64,000 nt of DNA from Camelus dromedarius (lineage: Eukaryota), in NCBI RefSeq assembly GCF_036321535.1, contig NC_087436.1, positions 50,594,001-50,658,000 on the forward strand, written 5' to 3'. Made by a program: the position numbers and the translations under genes. Numbering within the stretch: the stretch's first letter is position 1; the number at the start of each line of letters is the position of its first letter. Below are positions 51,418 through 64,000 of this stretch, piece by piece. The notes under the pieces are model-generated. The model was not told the origin of the DNA. It ran no database searches and saw nothing but the letters and a program-made list of their open reading frames with translations.

Positions 51418-51620
51418 TATAAACTGTGGCCTTCAGGCTGGAGCTGACCCACCACCTGTTTTGTGAACACAGTTTTATTGGAGCACCCAGTTTGCTTATC
51501 TGTTGGCTAAGTCGGCTTTCATGCTGCAGTCAGAATTGAGTAGTTATAACAGACCAAATGGTTCTCAAAGCTAAAACTATTTCCTACCTGGCTTTTGACC
51601 AGAAAGTATGCTGGCCCCTC
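51418..51620. mobile_element. MER58A-like hAT-Charlie MITE
   Basis: acctgttttgtgaacacagttttattggagcac ... gaattgagtagttataacagacc ... cagaaagtatgctggcccct. Confidence 0.75.
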
Positions 51621-51803
51621 ATAGAAAGGAAAGGAGGAAAGCACAACTTGTTATTAGTAGAAAAGATATTCAATTTGTCCAAACAAAAGCATTCAATAAC
51701 TTACTTCTTAGGAGTAACTTCCCATTTTCTTAATACCTGTGGGGGTGTCTATTAAATAGATACGCCCTTTCACCCAGCTCCACTGACCCAAAATGAGTAA
51801 ACA

Positions 51804-52310
51804 CAGTCATACCTTGCAGAGGTTTCATGTTGGGGTCCAGATCGCTGCAAAAAAAAAAAAAAAAACAAATACCGTAATAAAGAGATATTCACACGAATTT
51901 GTTGGTTTCCCAGTGTATATAAAAATTATGTTTATACTATACTGTAGTCTATTAAGCATACAATAGCATTATATCGGAAAAAAAAGTACATACCTTAATT
52001 TAAAAATACTTTATCGCTGAAAAATGCTAACCATCATCTGAGCCTTCAGCGAGCCATAATCTTTTTGCAATAGTCCCATCAAAGATCACCAATCACAGAT
52101 CGCCTTAACAAATGTAATAATAATGAAAAAGTTTGAAATATTGCAAGAATTACCAAAATGTGACACAGAGACACAAAGTGAGCAAATGCTGTTGGAAGAC
52201 TGGCACCAATAGACTTGCTCAAAGCAGGGTTTCACAAACCTTCAATGTGTAAAAAATGTAGTATCTGCGAAGTGCAGTAAAGCAAAGTACAGTAAAATGA
52301 GGTCTGCCTG
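51804..52310. mobile_element. Internally deleted Tigger1 (TcMar) non-autonomous element
   Basis: Degenerate TIRs cagtcatacct / aggtctgcctg followed by TA; contains both Tigger1 subterminal regions (cacacgaattt..tggtttcccagtg; ccaaaatgtgacacagagacac). Confidence 0.85.
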
Positions 52311-53079
52311 TACAAGGTGCCTGAGAAAATTAGCAGCTTCCTCCCTGAAAAGGAATTTAATATTGCATGGCTAGAATCAAGGTTTCTCTGAGTAGTTCAC
52401 AACTGGTGTTGGGGGGTCAGGGCGGAGAAGCGGTTCACAGGTACCTGTGGGACCTTTCAAAACCTGAGGGGCGTGCCAGAATTCGGGGAGGGAGCTGATG
52501 GGGAAACCTGTGTGTGGTTTGGGAAGTGCCACAGGACATGCTGATGCAGCCCATCATGGTCTCACTTCAGGTTGAAGACCCCTGGCTTATTAGTTAAAAG
52601 GGGAAACTCCAAAATAACCTTCAAGCTACAGAATTTCCACAATTGAGGTAAATACAAGTAACACTAAGGCAGAGGAGGATACAGGAGAGACAGTCTCACT
52701 GGATTGTACCGTACACACCAGTGATACTGCAGTCTCGCTATTCTTGGTGCCATCTGCCCAGAAATAAGTGGCAAAATGATTTGGAAAATGTGGTTGTTTT
52801 TAAAGCCAGACTTTTCAGAAAATTGGAAAATATACTATCACACTGTCTGGAACAAGGAACTAGCTGTGACTCACTGAATCAGTCACAGAAGAAAACCTGA
52901 CAAGGAATGAGTGTATCTGGGATGGTGCTGATGATATGGTCACAACTGCAACACCAGACTTGTGTGGACAGTGGCACGGTGTGTCAGTCTGTGCCCTGGA
53001 CGTGGCAGAGTCAAGTGACAGTGGCATTGATTGGGAGTCATAGGAGAATATTATGTATAAAAATACAAGTTTTCTCATT

Positions 53080-53495
53080 TGAAGAGATACATGCACCCCA
53101 TGATCATCGCAGCACTATTTACAATAGCCAAGACATGGAAGCAACCTAAATGTCCATTGACAGATGATTGGAATACTACTCAGCCATAAAAAGTAATGAT
53201 ATAATGCCATTTGCAGCAACATGGATGGACCTAGAGATTATACTAAGTGCAGTAAGTCAGACAGAGAAAAAGACAAATATCATGATATCACTTATATGTG
53301 AAATCTAAAAAAAATGACACAAATGAACTTACAAAACATAAAAAGACTCACATACATAGAAAACAAATTTATGGTTACCAGGGAGGAAAGAAGGTGGGGA
53401 GAGATAAATTGTGAGCTTACGATTAGTAGCTACAAACTACTATGTATAGAATAGATAAATAAGGTTCTTATAGCACAGGGAACTATATTCAGTAT
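53080..53495 (+). mobile_element. L1 3'UTR fragment, same type as 36068-36645
   Basis: gcagcactatttacaatagccaagacatggaagcaacctaaatgtcc...agcacagggaactatattca. Confidence 0.88.
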
Positions 53496-54254
53496 CAAAT
53501 GGAGTTGATTTGTGGTCTTCTGGAGGACTGTCAGCCAACAGAAAGGCCCTCTGGAGAATGTACGGGTCACATAAGTTTACAAAAATGTCTGAGAACATGA
53601 TCTAAGTAGGATTTTTAAAATTTTAGTGTCATTTTTCTTCTTTTAAAGTAAAATAATTTAAAATTATATTTTTTGATGAGAAACATGAAACAATGGTTAA
53701 AATAGGAATTTGACACCGATGAAAATAGGCAACATACTGAGAAAAATTTAGAGCCACCTAAATTATCAAGGAGTCTGACACACGTGGAGTTGTCCCTGAG
53801 GATCCCCAAAGTGAACCTGACAGCAAAGGATGGTTTTGAGATCATGAAGACAGTCTGGGTCCTTATACTGGTCAAGTACTTGTATGATTTTACCTACATC
53901 TCAGGGTTATTTGGAGGATGAATTGAGATAATACCTATTCAAGTGTTTAAACTCTATAAAGGATCATGTCAATGTAATGTGACTAAAATATGTCCATGGG
54001 AATGCTTCACCCAGAGACCCTGCCCAGTTTCACAAAGAATTACAGTCTTTTTTAAAAAATTATAGGGATGTTACTAAAGTTGTAAGCCTATTAAATAAAA
54101 GAGCGGCCGGGTAGAGGTGAAATTATCATTCTAAGTCATGGAGAGAGATTTCACTGATCCGTTGTATCATATGGAAAGGAAGTTTAAAGTTTAATTGTCA
54201 GTTTCTTTTTCAGTCTAAGTAAGTAACCAAGCTGAATACCCCCCTTTGATTTAG

Positions 54255-54313
54255 GAACAGTTGATACCCCATCTCTGCAAGAAAGAATACAAGCCAGACC
54301 AAATCCTGAAGAG
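54255..54313 (+). CDS. BDH2: BDH2 coding exon 7 (59 nt)
   Basis: atttag|GAACA ... GAAGAG|gtacat; TVDTPSLQERIQARPNPEE. Confidence 0.96.
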
Positions 54314-54371
54314 GTACATCTCCTGTTTTAAATGTGTTTAAATCCTGTTTTGAAAAATTGCCCCTTCCTTA

Positions 54372-54615
54372 CCTAGAGTAGACAAATTCACAGAGACAGA
54401 AAGTAGAAAGGTGGTTGCCAGGGGCTGGGGGAGAGGGGGTGGGGAGTTGTTGTTTTATGGGTCTAGAGTTTCAGTTTTGCAAGATGAAAAAAATTCTGAA
54501 GATCTGTTGCACAATAATGTGAATGTACTTAACACTACTGGACTGTACGCTTAAAATGGTTAAGTTGATAAATGTTATATTATGTGTATTTTAGCACAAT
54601 TTCAAAAATATAAAA
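54372..54615 (+). mobile_element. L1MB-like 3' terminus
   Basis: agagacagaaagtagaaaggtggttgccaggggctggggg...agagtttcagttttgcaagatgaaaa...aatgtacttaacactactg. Confidence 0.85.
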
Positions 54616-54898
54616 ACATCCTCTTCTGTAATATTAAATTTCTGATCTGTCACAGTATCTACAGGTTTTAGTACAAGACAAATAGTTTGAATAGCTTGGG
54701 AGTCATCATAGTCCTGCTTGGTCCACAGTTAATGTTATTAATGATATTCTCCTGTATCTTGTATCATACATGATTAATCAAGGCTGCAAGCCAATGCTCC
54801 CTTTGTAGATTCCTCTTGCCTTTGACCTCCTGAAGGAGTTGCCAGTGAGTTCATACTTCAGCTCACATCACTGATGTCCAGTTGGTTTCTGGTTATAG

Positions 54899-55012
<114 letters not shown>

Positions 55013-57011
55013 TAGTCCATTATCCTTAATCACATTAGGCCACAATTTGCTCATCAAAAAATCATGTGATTTTAGGGAGTTATGGCATATAGATGCTAAG
55101 CTGCTGCTTTTACAAGATAGGGGTACGTTTAATGCTCTCAAAGAAAGGCCACTTGGATCTGAGCCACCAACTCTTCCTCATTCAACTTTACATGTCACTA
55201 ATTCTTAGAGCAAATGAAGTGGTGGAGGATTAAAGAAAAACAAATTGCTCAATTTTATAATTGTTTTTAAAAATTACAAATTGGGAAGCCATGATTTAAT
55301 GTAAATCAAACAAATAAACCTCCAAAATTATGAGAGCATCAGATGAAATGGGGAAACAGTTAACCACATTTAATTGTGTCCAGGAGACACAGAATTAGCA
55401 TCAGGTGTTTTCAGTTTTACTGGCGACTTGTTTGGAAGAATCCCACTACCTCTTTTTTTTTCTGTGAATTCTTACTTGTATATCATCATGAACATACATT
55501 CCTAATTCTGTCTCTTTCCACTTTGCATCTATTTGGTAACTAGTTGCTTCCTTAATAACTACTGTATGTTTTTAAAAGGCATGTATCTGTGAAGCAGGAA
55601 CTACATTTATAAGGTAGAGAGCCCAAGAGCATCCCCTCTGTTTTATGTCTTTGAATATTACATGACCAGGGAACTGTGAGAGAGAAGAAAAGGAAGAGGA
55701 GAAGGTGGGAGTGAGGGATGTTACAGATCAGTTAGCCCCTCTTTAAGTAACGTGGTGCACACCAGGCAGTTGGTGAATGTGATAGAGGTTGCAATGTTCT
55801 AGTGACAGAGCAGCTACTACTTCTCAGAACTATTAACAACAGCTGTTCATAGCTGAGGAAATTGCTAGACAAAGGATGATGGAGCGAGTACATTAACCTT
55901 TGTGATTTCTCTGAATCCATGTCTTCAGAAGAGCTCATTTGATTTGTGGGTACTGCTGGTAAGCTTCATTGCCCTTGTTTACCCAGAGCTTAGTTTACCA
56001 AACATTTGGGAATGTTCTGGCTTGAAATATGCAACAAAAAGAACTTTGTCCAGGTAGAAAGATCTAGAAGAGTCCATATGGGAAACAGAATGCTTGCCTT
56101 TTAGAAGAACCTTGAGAAATTGGGATTGTTTCTTGGTAAAGTGACTAATAACACCCTGGTTTGGTTTATCTGCTCCATCTGATCAGTTCCTATAAACTGA
56201 ACTTTAAAACATTCTGTGCTCCTATTGTCTTTCCTTCTGCCTCTTCCATTGTCTCAGGCTTTAAGTGAATTTAAAACTAAGAACACAAATTTGAATCTTC
56301 ATTATCCATGTTGAAGTTAAAATATTTTTAAACCTCTGCCACAAGAATCACTTCAGCTTTAATTTTTTAGAAAATGAAAATTTCTTTGGGAAAAAAGCAG
56401 TAATTTTTTAACTCTTTTGGTCTTGTACAGATTTGGATGTCTGAAACTAGTATAGAGGGTTTTTTTGGTTAATAGCTTATAATAATTATTATTCATATAC
56501 ATTTAAAAAACACATTTAGTATGCTTCAGTTCCTGGAATTACCCATGTATATTGATTAACTAAAGGTACATCTTTTTTTTAATTATGTTTGGCATTGACA
56601 TGACCACTTTATGACTGACATACTGGATTATGTTCAAACAGTTTTTAGGGGCATAAGAGCTAGTTTAGAATAAGTCTGAGTTTCAAAATGAAAATGTACT
56701 ATTTTAGCCTATACTTTATCCTAATTTTGGGAATGGATGTATATCATGAAATTTCTCAATTTTTGATTCGGAGACCAAACACCCTTAGAAAGTGACATGT
56801 GCTCAAATAGCAGCCAGAGGCCAGTTAGCATCAGATACAAGAACACTCAGCAGTTTTAAATCAGCTGAAATTTAATTCAGTTTCCTAATTTTTATTTGTT
56901 AAGTGAAGTTTCCTGGTACTATGAGAATAAACTGTTTCGCTGTCTTAGTCAGAAAAATTGAAGAAACACAACCTAGTTAATTGTTCTGTCTCCTTGTGTT
57001 TGTCACTGCAG

Positions 57012-57065
57012 TCTGCCTATGTAACAGGCAATCCTGTCATCATTGATGGAGGCTGGAGCTTGTGA
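57012..57065 (+). CDS. BDH2: BDH2 last coding exon
   Basis: ctgcag|TCT ... SAYVTGNPVIIDGGWSL TGA; the exon lengths sum to 738 nt, i.e. 245 aa plus stop. Confidence 0.97.
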   Translation, partial: SAYVTGNPVIIDGGWSL

Positions 57066-57295
57066 CTGCAGGCTCTCCTTACTGGGAAGGCAGGCCCTTC
57101 CTGTCTGTCCACAGCGAAGAAAACTCACCCAGCCTCTCTTCCTAGTAATGGCATATTCGTGAAAACAAAACCTTTTTGATGATGTCATATTCACAAGAGT
57201 GTGATTCTTTAAATATATTAATTTCTTTCTAATCTCTTCTGAAATCATAGGAGATAGTGAGATAATGAGCTCGCTGCAAAAAGAATAGTTTTAAA

Positions 57296-57301
57296 AATAA
57301 A
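57296..57301 (+). terminator. Candidate BDH2 polyadenylation signal (further AATAAA near 57842-57859)
   Basis: First AATAAA after the stop codon. Confidence 0.55.
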
Positions 57302-59319
57302 CCTCAATTTATAAGCAATATATAATTAAAATGTGACTATGAAAAGAAGTTTTTTTTAAAGGGATTCATTTCTATTTTATTTCCGTTTCCCAACATTCAC
57401 ATATTTTTGTACAATTCTACACCTGTACGTGGATGCTAGTTTTAACATTTGGCACCATTATAAATGAACACCAAAGGTAAGAAGGCGTTTGGCTTCAGTA
57501 ACTTACACTTGAAGGAGTTTAGATTCAGAACTATATATTGTTAATCTGTTATGTAAAAGGAAAATAATCATCAGGTGTTTATGCTTCATGGATGTCACCT
57601 CTTATGATTAAGTACTTTTTTAGTTTAAAAAATCTTTATCAAAATAAGCAATATTTGACATGGGCATAAGAAACATGTAGTAAACTAACTTGCAGTATTG
57701 TCAGTTTGAGGGGTGTTTTTTAGTTTAAGCATAGATTTCCTCCCCAAATTCCAAGATACCAGACAAGAGAACATGAAATTTAGAAATAGTCTCTGGATGA
57801 ATAAATATAAATGAATCATATAACAGGAAACCAATTAAAAAAATAAAAGTTTCAATAAAAAATTTAAATTATGGAAGATAATTCCATTACAGATTACTAG
57901 GGAGAAGTTTTATCTTGTTCTTTTAGTTTTATGGTATTATGTTTGTTTTTTATTTGTTGTCACCTCAAAAGACCAAATAGTATGATGAATATAGATACTC
58001 GGTAAGAGTAAAGATCCTTAATCTTTTCTCTTAGAAATGTAATTAGTATGAACAAGGACAATTTTGAAGAGGACAATGAAAGGTTAACATTTTATGTATG
58101 AGAAAGAACATGTAGGTGATGAAGGTGAGTTAAAACTGACAACAAAGGATATTTTGACTAGCATTGCTGAAGAGTCCATTGATTATAAATTCGCTCTAGG
58201 GTTCTGGACCTGGTGTTCCACTACTGGATTACACATAGCTTGGCTTTTGACCTAGACTCCAAGTCATCCAATTTGTCTTGGATTTTAGCTTTTTGCTTTG
58301 TAAAATCTGGGAGTTGGGCTGAATGGCTTGGGTTCTTTTTGATGTATGATAGTCAAAATGCTGTAACTTCTTATCAAGTGAAGCAATGGAACATTGAAGC
58401 TTTTAAGTATGTCACGAAGTACTTTATGCTGTAAGTATGTAATGTATATGTAAAGCTATGAACAGATGAATTCTAAATAAACACATCATGAACACTGCAA
58501 AATGGATTCTAACATTAACAAATGCTCCCTCAGAGTTAGGTCTCTCAGAGCTAACTATAAACTATAAAACATTATAAACAATGAAAGCAAAGTAAAAATT
58601 AGCCAAAAAGTTCAATGTTCTCCAAAGTCGCGTTAATCAAATAGGGTATCAGTGAAGATCATATGACTGAAAGGAAAGGAAAAATATATTTCATTCCTGT
58701 GGTAAGAGGAAGCTGGATGTCACTAGGAACTTTTGCAAACTTTAAGAGAGGAAGAGTTCAGTTTAGGAAAAGTCATTTTAGATGCACTGAAGAAGGTTAT
58801 TGGACGGGAGCAAGGTTTATCCATTCTCTCCATAAATGAGGACATAAAAGAGAAGAATGGCTGGTTTGTCTGGTGAAAACATTTACCTGACGTTGTCCCT
58901 CTTGACTGAAAAACGGTGATTAAAATCGGCACTTTCAAAGGAGTGAGAAACAGGTAAGAAAATTTTTATTCCTTAAGGAAATGAAAACTACCCCGAATGG
59001 GCGCACGCGCGTATACACACTTAGTTGAAGAGGGGTAAATACAGAGGAAAGGAACACATGGAAGGGAGAACTAAATGAAAAATAATCAAACGGCGGAGGG
59101 AAACGTTAAAATCTAAAACTGTACCGCAAGAAGGACAAGTGTTATAGATGGGATAAAATGGAGAGGATCAAGTCTTTTGTCCCACTTAACTGGTCACCAG
59201 AAGAGAGAATCCCGTCTTCCCGCCCCACCTGGGAAGACACTTGTAAAATGCACAACCAAAAGGTGGAGTTAAAAACCAGAACGTAGAAGGGAACAATACA
59301 CCAAGCAATTGGCTGCTGG

Positions 59320-59990
59320 GAGAGCCCAGCGCTGCGCGTCCTCACCCAGGACCTCGTCATCGCCGGGCGTGACGGCGCCGAGATCCGCGCGCCCTAGGCA
59401 ACCACCCCCGGAGCTTCCCGGGGAGACGCGCTCGTCCGGTCCCCAGGGGCCGGCCCCCTACGCGGCGCCGCCTCGGGAAGTGGGACCGCGGTCAGTCGGG
59501 CGCCCCGACTCCGCGCGGAGACGCGCGACAGCGCCGTACGGCAACCCCCCCCCACCCCACCCGCCGAGAGAGCGTGAGGAGGCGGCGGCGAGGAGGAGGC
59601 GGCGGCGGGGCCGCGCCCCGCCCGGGTTCCCCGCGGGGCCCAGACCGCCGGTGCCCGGCCTCTCCAGGGACCGCCCGCGCCGCGGGGAAGGCGGGGCCGC
59701 CGACAGCTAGCGGCGCGCCTGGCGCGGGGGTATCTGCAGTATTTGCAGCCTCCGGCGCCGCCCGGGGCGATGCGCTACCCGGAAACTCCGCGCGCCGGGC
59801 TGGACCCGGCTCCCTGCAGGCCTTTCAGCCCCTTCCTGACGCGTGGGGCAGAGCCGGGTGCCTGAGCGCGAGAGCGCGAGGTGAGTAGCCCCGCAGAGAG
59901 CACCGAGGGTTTATTATAGCCGGCGCTCGCGGCGGCGGATTCATGGGCCTTTCGGGCCAGAGACCGGGAGCGGGCGCCCTGGGCTTTCTG
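59320..59990. promoter_or_regulatory. SLC9B2: CpG island promoter, probably of SLC9B2 (NHA2)
   Basis: Very GC- and CpG-dense with GC boxes (ccccgccc, ggcgggg). The gene name rests only on the mammalian order CENPE-BDH2-SLC9B2; no SLC9B2 coding sequence was recognised in the window. Confidence 0.7.
59700..59880 (+). other. SLC9B2: Probable first (5'UTR) exon of the CpG-island gene; start approximate
   Basis: Strong donor GAG|gtgagt at 59880/59881 at the 3' edge of the island. Confidence 0.55.
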
Positions 59991-60799
59991 GTTGTACACG
60001 GAGTGGTGTGTGGGTATGTCTGTTCGTCTGCTGTTCTTAGTCGTTATTGGAGTAGGCTTTTCTTATTTGTTTTTGATTTAGTTCTCAAATCCACCAGACG
60101 TTGTTGCTACTGTGGCCTAGGTTAGCAGACCACCCCCCCCCCGCCCCGCTCCCGCCATACACACACCGTATGCTAAGACTAATCAGATCCCGCTGGTTGA
60201 AGAATATGAATAACCCCCTGCTCAAAGTGCACGCCGACTCTGGCTTTTTTAAAACTTACCAGGCATCAGGTTGTTAACGGATCCTTGTTGTCTCATCCTA
60301 GACTTTAATGTGTTTTGTTGCCCTAAAATGATTAATAGCAGAAAGACACTACTAACTTTAGCCTCCCATTATGAAATCAAGGACTCCAGGAGTTAAAGCA
60401 GGTACCTTACGTGGCCAGATCCACCTCTGTCTTCTCTGAAAGACCAAAACCCCTTTCCCTACTCTTTCTCTACAATGGGGCCTCTACCTGGTATCACTGC
60501 TGCCGTGTGGTATTTCATGAAATTCTGCTTTACTGGTTCTTCTCTAAGTCAAGAATGAAACATTTCAATTCAGCAAATACCTGTGCATCTTCTCTGGGCC
60601 AAGCAGGCATGGGCACTGGAGATGCAAATATGAATTAAATAGTTTCTGCCATTCAGGAGCTCAAAATCCAATGGATTAGAATATACTTACCGAGTAGTTA
60701 GGTAGTGTGGGTTATGCTATACCAGTGATGTGAACAAAGTGACAGATTCACATATTTCCTAGCATATTAAGGTCTTTAATATTGACTCGATTTTTGCCT

Positions 60800-61540
60800 T
60801 TTCAGGATTTCTGTCAAGGCATGATAGAATAAGTGGGGAAAAGTCAGTGATGCAGGTCTGAATCCTGGGGCCTACACCGAAAGCTGCTATCCTGGGTATG
60901 GAAGTTTGGCACTCACGTTCATTCCAACCTGCTGCCAGTGTGCCTTCTTGTACAGGAGAAACTGGAGAGCTAAAAGCATTTCCCAGACTCCCTTCCAGTT
61001 TGAGTTCTGGATATAAAATTAGGGTCTGGGAAGTAGATGACTTGCCTGAGATTTCAAAAGCCAAGATGAGGCAGAAGCCATCTCCCTGCTATTTTGGGCT
61101 GTTTTCTGTTGGCGGGGAAGGTGGGGGAGATGCCAATGTCCAGTCTCCAGAATTGTGGGTGTTGGAAAGGGCTTACAGCAGTGGTGACAGCCAAACTCAG
61201 CGTGCCTTTTTGAATACCAGCTCTCTGGCTGTCAAGAGGCAGTTGAGGGAGGTAGTGAACTTCTCTGAGTTCCCGTCCAGTCAGCTTCCAGATCCCAGCT
61301 GCTCAGGGTCAGGGCTGCAGTGTATTCTTGAACTCCCTGGTCACTGTGGGCCTCCTGACTGTGGCAAAAATAGTATATTCCTTGGTGGTTCGTTTACTGG
61401 TGTTCTAGACATCATTCCTGGAGGTCCGGCCAAGACCCTGCACTTGTAGGCCTTTCAGCAGTCTCTAGCCTTTCAGCAGTTCACTTAATTCCCTGTTATA
61501 AAATCACTTTCTGCTCAAAATACTTGACACAGTTTCCATT
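60800..61540 (+). mobile_element. ERVL LTR33-like LTR (approximate)
   Basis: gctaaaagcatttcccagactcccttccag...gaggcagaagccat...aaatcactttctgctcaaaatac resembles the LTR33 family as recalled. Confidence 0.55.
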
Positions 61541-62749
61541 TTCTGCTCTGACTCTGAGTAATATGTTTGCTGAGTAGTCTCTAAAAGTCACCTAAATCTA
61601 ATCTCTTCAATTTCCTTGGATAAGAGATGAAACCATGAGATTAGATCCAGGGGCTGGCAGTGATTTGAATGCCTTCGGTTGCGCTCTGCCCTCTCCCATG
61701 GCTATAGACCCCACATTTGAGTTGGCCCCTGAAGGTGTTAGTTACCCATAGATTAGCTTATCTCTGAAGTCTCTTCCTCTACATGTATAATGTAAAACAT
61801 TTCTTTCTTTAAAACGTTTTTTAGAGTATGTTCTATAACAAGAGATTGTGGATTATCTGGTTCATGACCAACTGTTCACTAGTCCTATTGATAACTGGTA
61901 GGCCCCTGGCTCTCGGAACACACAAACCCCAGTGAAAGACAGATTTTTCCTCTGGGGGAGAAGAATTTACATCTTCACACAAAGGCTAGGAACCTAGTAC
62001 ATGAGGAGGTGGAGCAGCCTGTCTCTGCACCTGTGTGATTAGGGAGTATTCCAGCATTTTGTAGTCGTGCGTCATGTATGTTAAGGAGAGTGCAATTATG
62101 ATAAGTTCTAAGAGTTTTAAACTTCCTTATAAAGCTATTAAGTGTATCTCGTCAATATAATAAAAGTGCTCTTTATTTTTAGAAATCTCTTATTTATGTT
62201 TCTGTGGTTCATAGGAGGACTGAGTTTTGAGTTTACCAGTGTCCCTGTCTGTGTGCTTCAGTACAGTCCATGCATGCTTCTTCCTCAAGGAAAATCTGTA
62301 AAAGGAAGATAGAGCATTGGGGGGACTTAATTGGGACTCCATGATGTACTTAGTACTGTTTTAAGGTTTTCTGTGATATAGGCATTGCCACCATTTTACA
62401 GTTGAAGAAAATCATCATGACTGGCTAAGTAACTTACCCCAAATGACCCAATTAGGAGGCAGTGACCCAAGAATTTACACTCAGGGTTTTCATCTCCATT
62501 TTCCTCTGTCCACTCCACATCTTGTGCTTTAAGCTCAAATTGACATGGATGTGCATAAAATTCCCTACATGCACTTTCCTTCCCATCCCTCATCCTTTAA
62601 TCATGTGTTTCCTCTGCCTGCAGTGATCTTTATTTTCCCTACAAAACTAAGTCATCTTTCAAGACTTGATTCAAGTATCAGCCAAGTAGGGCAGTACCTC
62701 CTCTCCCCTGTTTAACGTTGTGCCTGCATTTCTCATATCATAATTAAAT

Positions 62750-63155
62750 TACCTTAAGCTAGCGGTAGCTGCTGTAAAAGACCATCTCCAAAGCCTCAGT
62801 AACTTAACACAGTAGATGCTTATTTCTCATTCATGTAGAGTCCAATCAGGTGTTTAGCTGGTGCCCTTCTACTAGGGATTCAGGAACCCTAACTCTTTTT
62901 ATATTATGGCTTTGCATCCCCTAAGACCTTGGAGTCCTTAGTTTCCAGGCAATGGACAGAAAAGAGAGAGTATGTGGAGGATTACATGGGAAGTTTCTTA
63001 TGGCAATGCAAGTAGCATGTATCATTTATGCCCACATCCCACTTGTCTGACTTGGTGTTGTGCCACACTGACCTGCGAGGGAGGCTGCGAAATGTTAACT
63101 CTCTGTGTGCTCAGGCAGCAGAGGAAACTGGAAAGTGGTAAACGCTTATCAATCT
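62750..63155. mobile_element. MaLR MLT1-like LTR (approximate)
   Basis: tagctgctgtaaaa...ctcagtaacttaacacagtagatgcttatttctcattcatg...gggaggctgcgaaatgt. Confidence 0.6.
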
Positions 63156-64000
63156 CTGTCCCTTTCTTAAAGAACAGAGGCTGCATCTCAGTCATCTTTC
63201 TGTCTCTTGTGCTTTACACGCCATAGAAACCCAGTAAAAGTCTGATGAGCTTCACTGATTGTGAAATGATGGGGTTTCTATGTCTGTGCCTGAAACTGAA
63301 ACTTACCACACTTCATGATGGTTACCTAAAGAATGACCTGTCATTCTCTGACTAGGTTGCAACCTTTGCATATAAGAGCTATGTCAGGCTGCTCACATTT
63401 AAATCCCTAACACAAGGGCTGGGACATGGTAAGAGCTTAATAGATGTTTGTTGAATGAATGAATGAGTCCTCAGAAAAAAAAAGAGGGACAGTTAGTCTA
63501 CATGGAATTAAGAAATACAAATTGAGAAGGTGACATTTGAGTTAGATCTTGAATGACTAGTAGAACGTTTATCAAGTAGAGAAAGTAAAATATGGAACCC
63601 CAGGCAGTGATGGTAGCAGTGTTTTGTTGTTCTTACTGTTTTGTTTCATGAGTAGAAATTTAGAAAGCAAATCAAATGCTTGTAAGCCCAACTTTTTAAA
63701 ATACAATATTCAATAGTAAACCGAACTTCAGGGATAGGGCAGAAAAAAATATTTAACTTTACAATCTATGTAATCTCTAGTGACTAAGAGAAAGGCACCA
63801 AGAACATTGGCACTGATTTTTAGCTACTGAAATGTTACTTTCTGGACATTTTTGAGAAATATCAGTACAAAGGCAGTGTTCTAATCATTCATCCTCTATG
63901 AAGATTTGGCACCGTGTCCGGAAGCTAGGGAGACACGTATGAGCCAAAGGTTCCTTATCACTGCTCCTCATCAGAGCTTCTCAGTGCTGGCCCTGCATCA

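Noticed and set aside
57066..57900. Iron-responsive element in the BDH2 3'UTR, as reported for human
   Set aside because: I found no CAGUG(N) loop hairpin here by eye; an IRE search tool would be needed to exclude non-canonical forms.
58726..58875. Protein-like open frame after an AG (ELLQTLREEEFSLGKV...)
   Set aside because: Contains the gaagagttcagttt motif typical of L2 remnants, lacks a pyrimidine tract and ends in a stop.
59309..59999. ORFs across the CpG island
   Set aside because: Low-complexity translations of GC-rich promoter DNA, mostly with non-ATG starts.
60898..61449. 183-aa ORF downstream of the CpG island as a possible SLC9B2 coding exon
   Set aside because: Lies within an LTR33-like element and does not resemble a Na+/H+ antiporter sequence.

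Overview
Mammalian genomic DNA, most likely a camelid judging by its SINEs. Three genes lie in tandem on the + strand. (1) The 3' part of CENPE (kinesin-7): coiled-coil stalk, kinetochore-binding tail and the C-terminal CKTQ CAAX box, with the stop at 31951. (2) A complete BDH2 (DHRS6) with 9 coding exons totalling 738 nt (245 aa plus stop), and a probable non-coding exon 1 near 37.6 kb. (3) A CpG island and first exon at about 59.3-60.0 kb, assigned to SLC9B2 by synteny only. The most notable structure is the CENPE stalk at 0.7-8.3 kb. It is a tandem array of paralogous phase-0 long (282-291 nt) and short (153-159 nt) exons at different stages of gain and loss. One short exon is a decayed fossil, one keeps its frame but has lost both splice sites, two intact exons are missing from the human protein as I recall it, and three paralogous introns carry what looks like the same old L1 fragment. 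Other points of interest are a divergent pair of CTCF-like sites sharing an identical 15-bp core upstream of BDH2, a 3'-truncated L1 with a TSD but no poly(A) tail, and a uORF in the CpG-island exon. Gene and repeat names come from recognition, not database searches, and repeat boundaries are approximate. I found no evidence of a wholly new gene or system beyond these.
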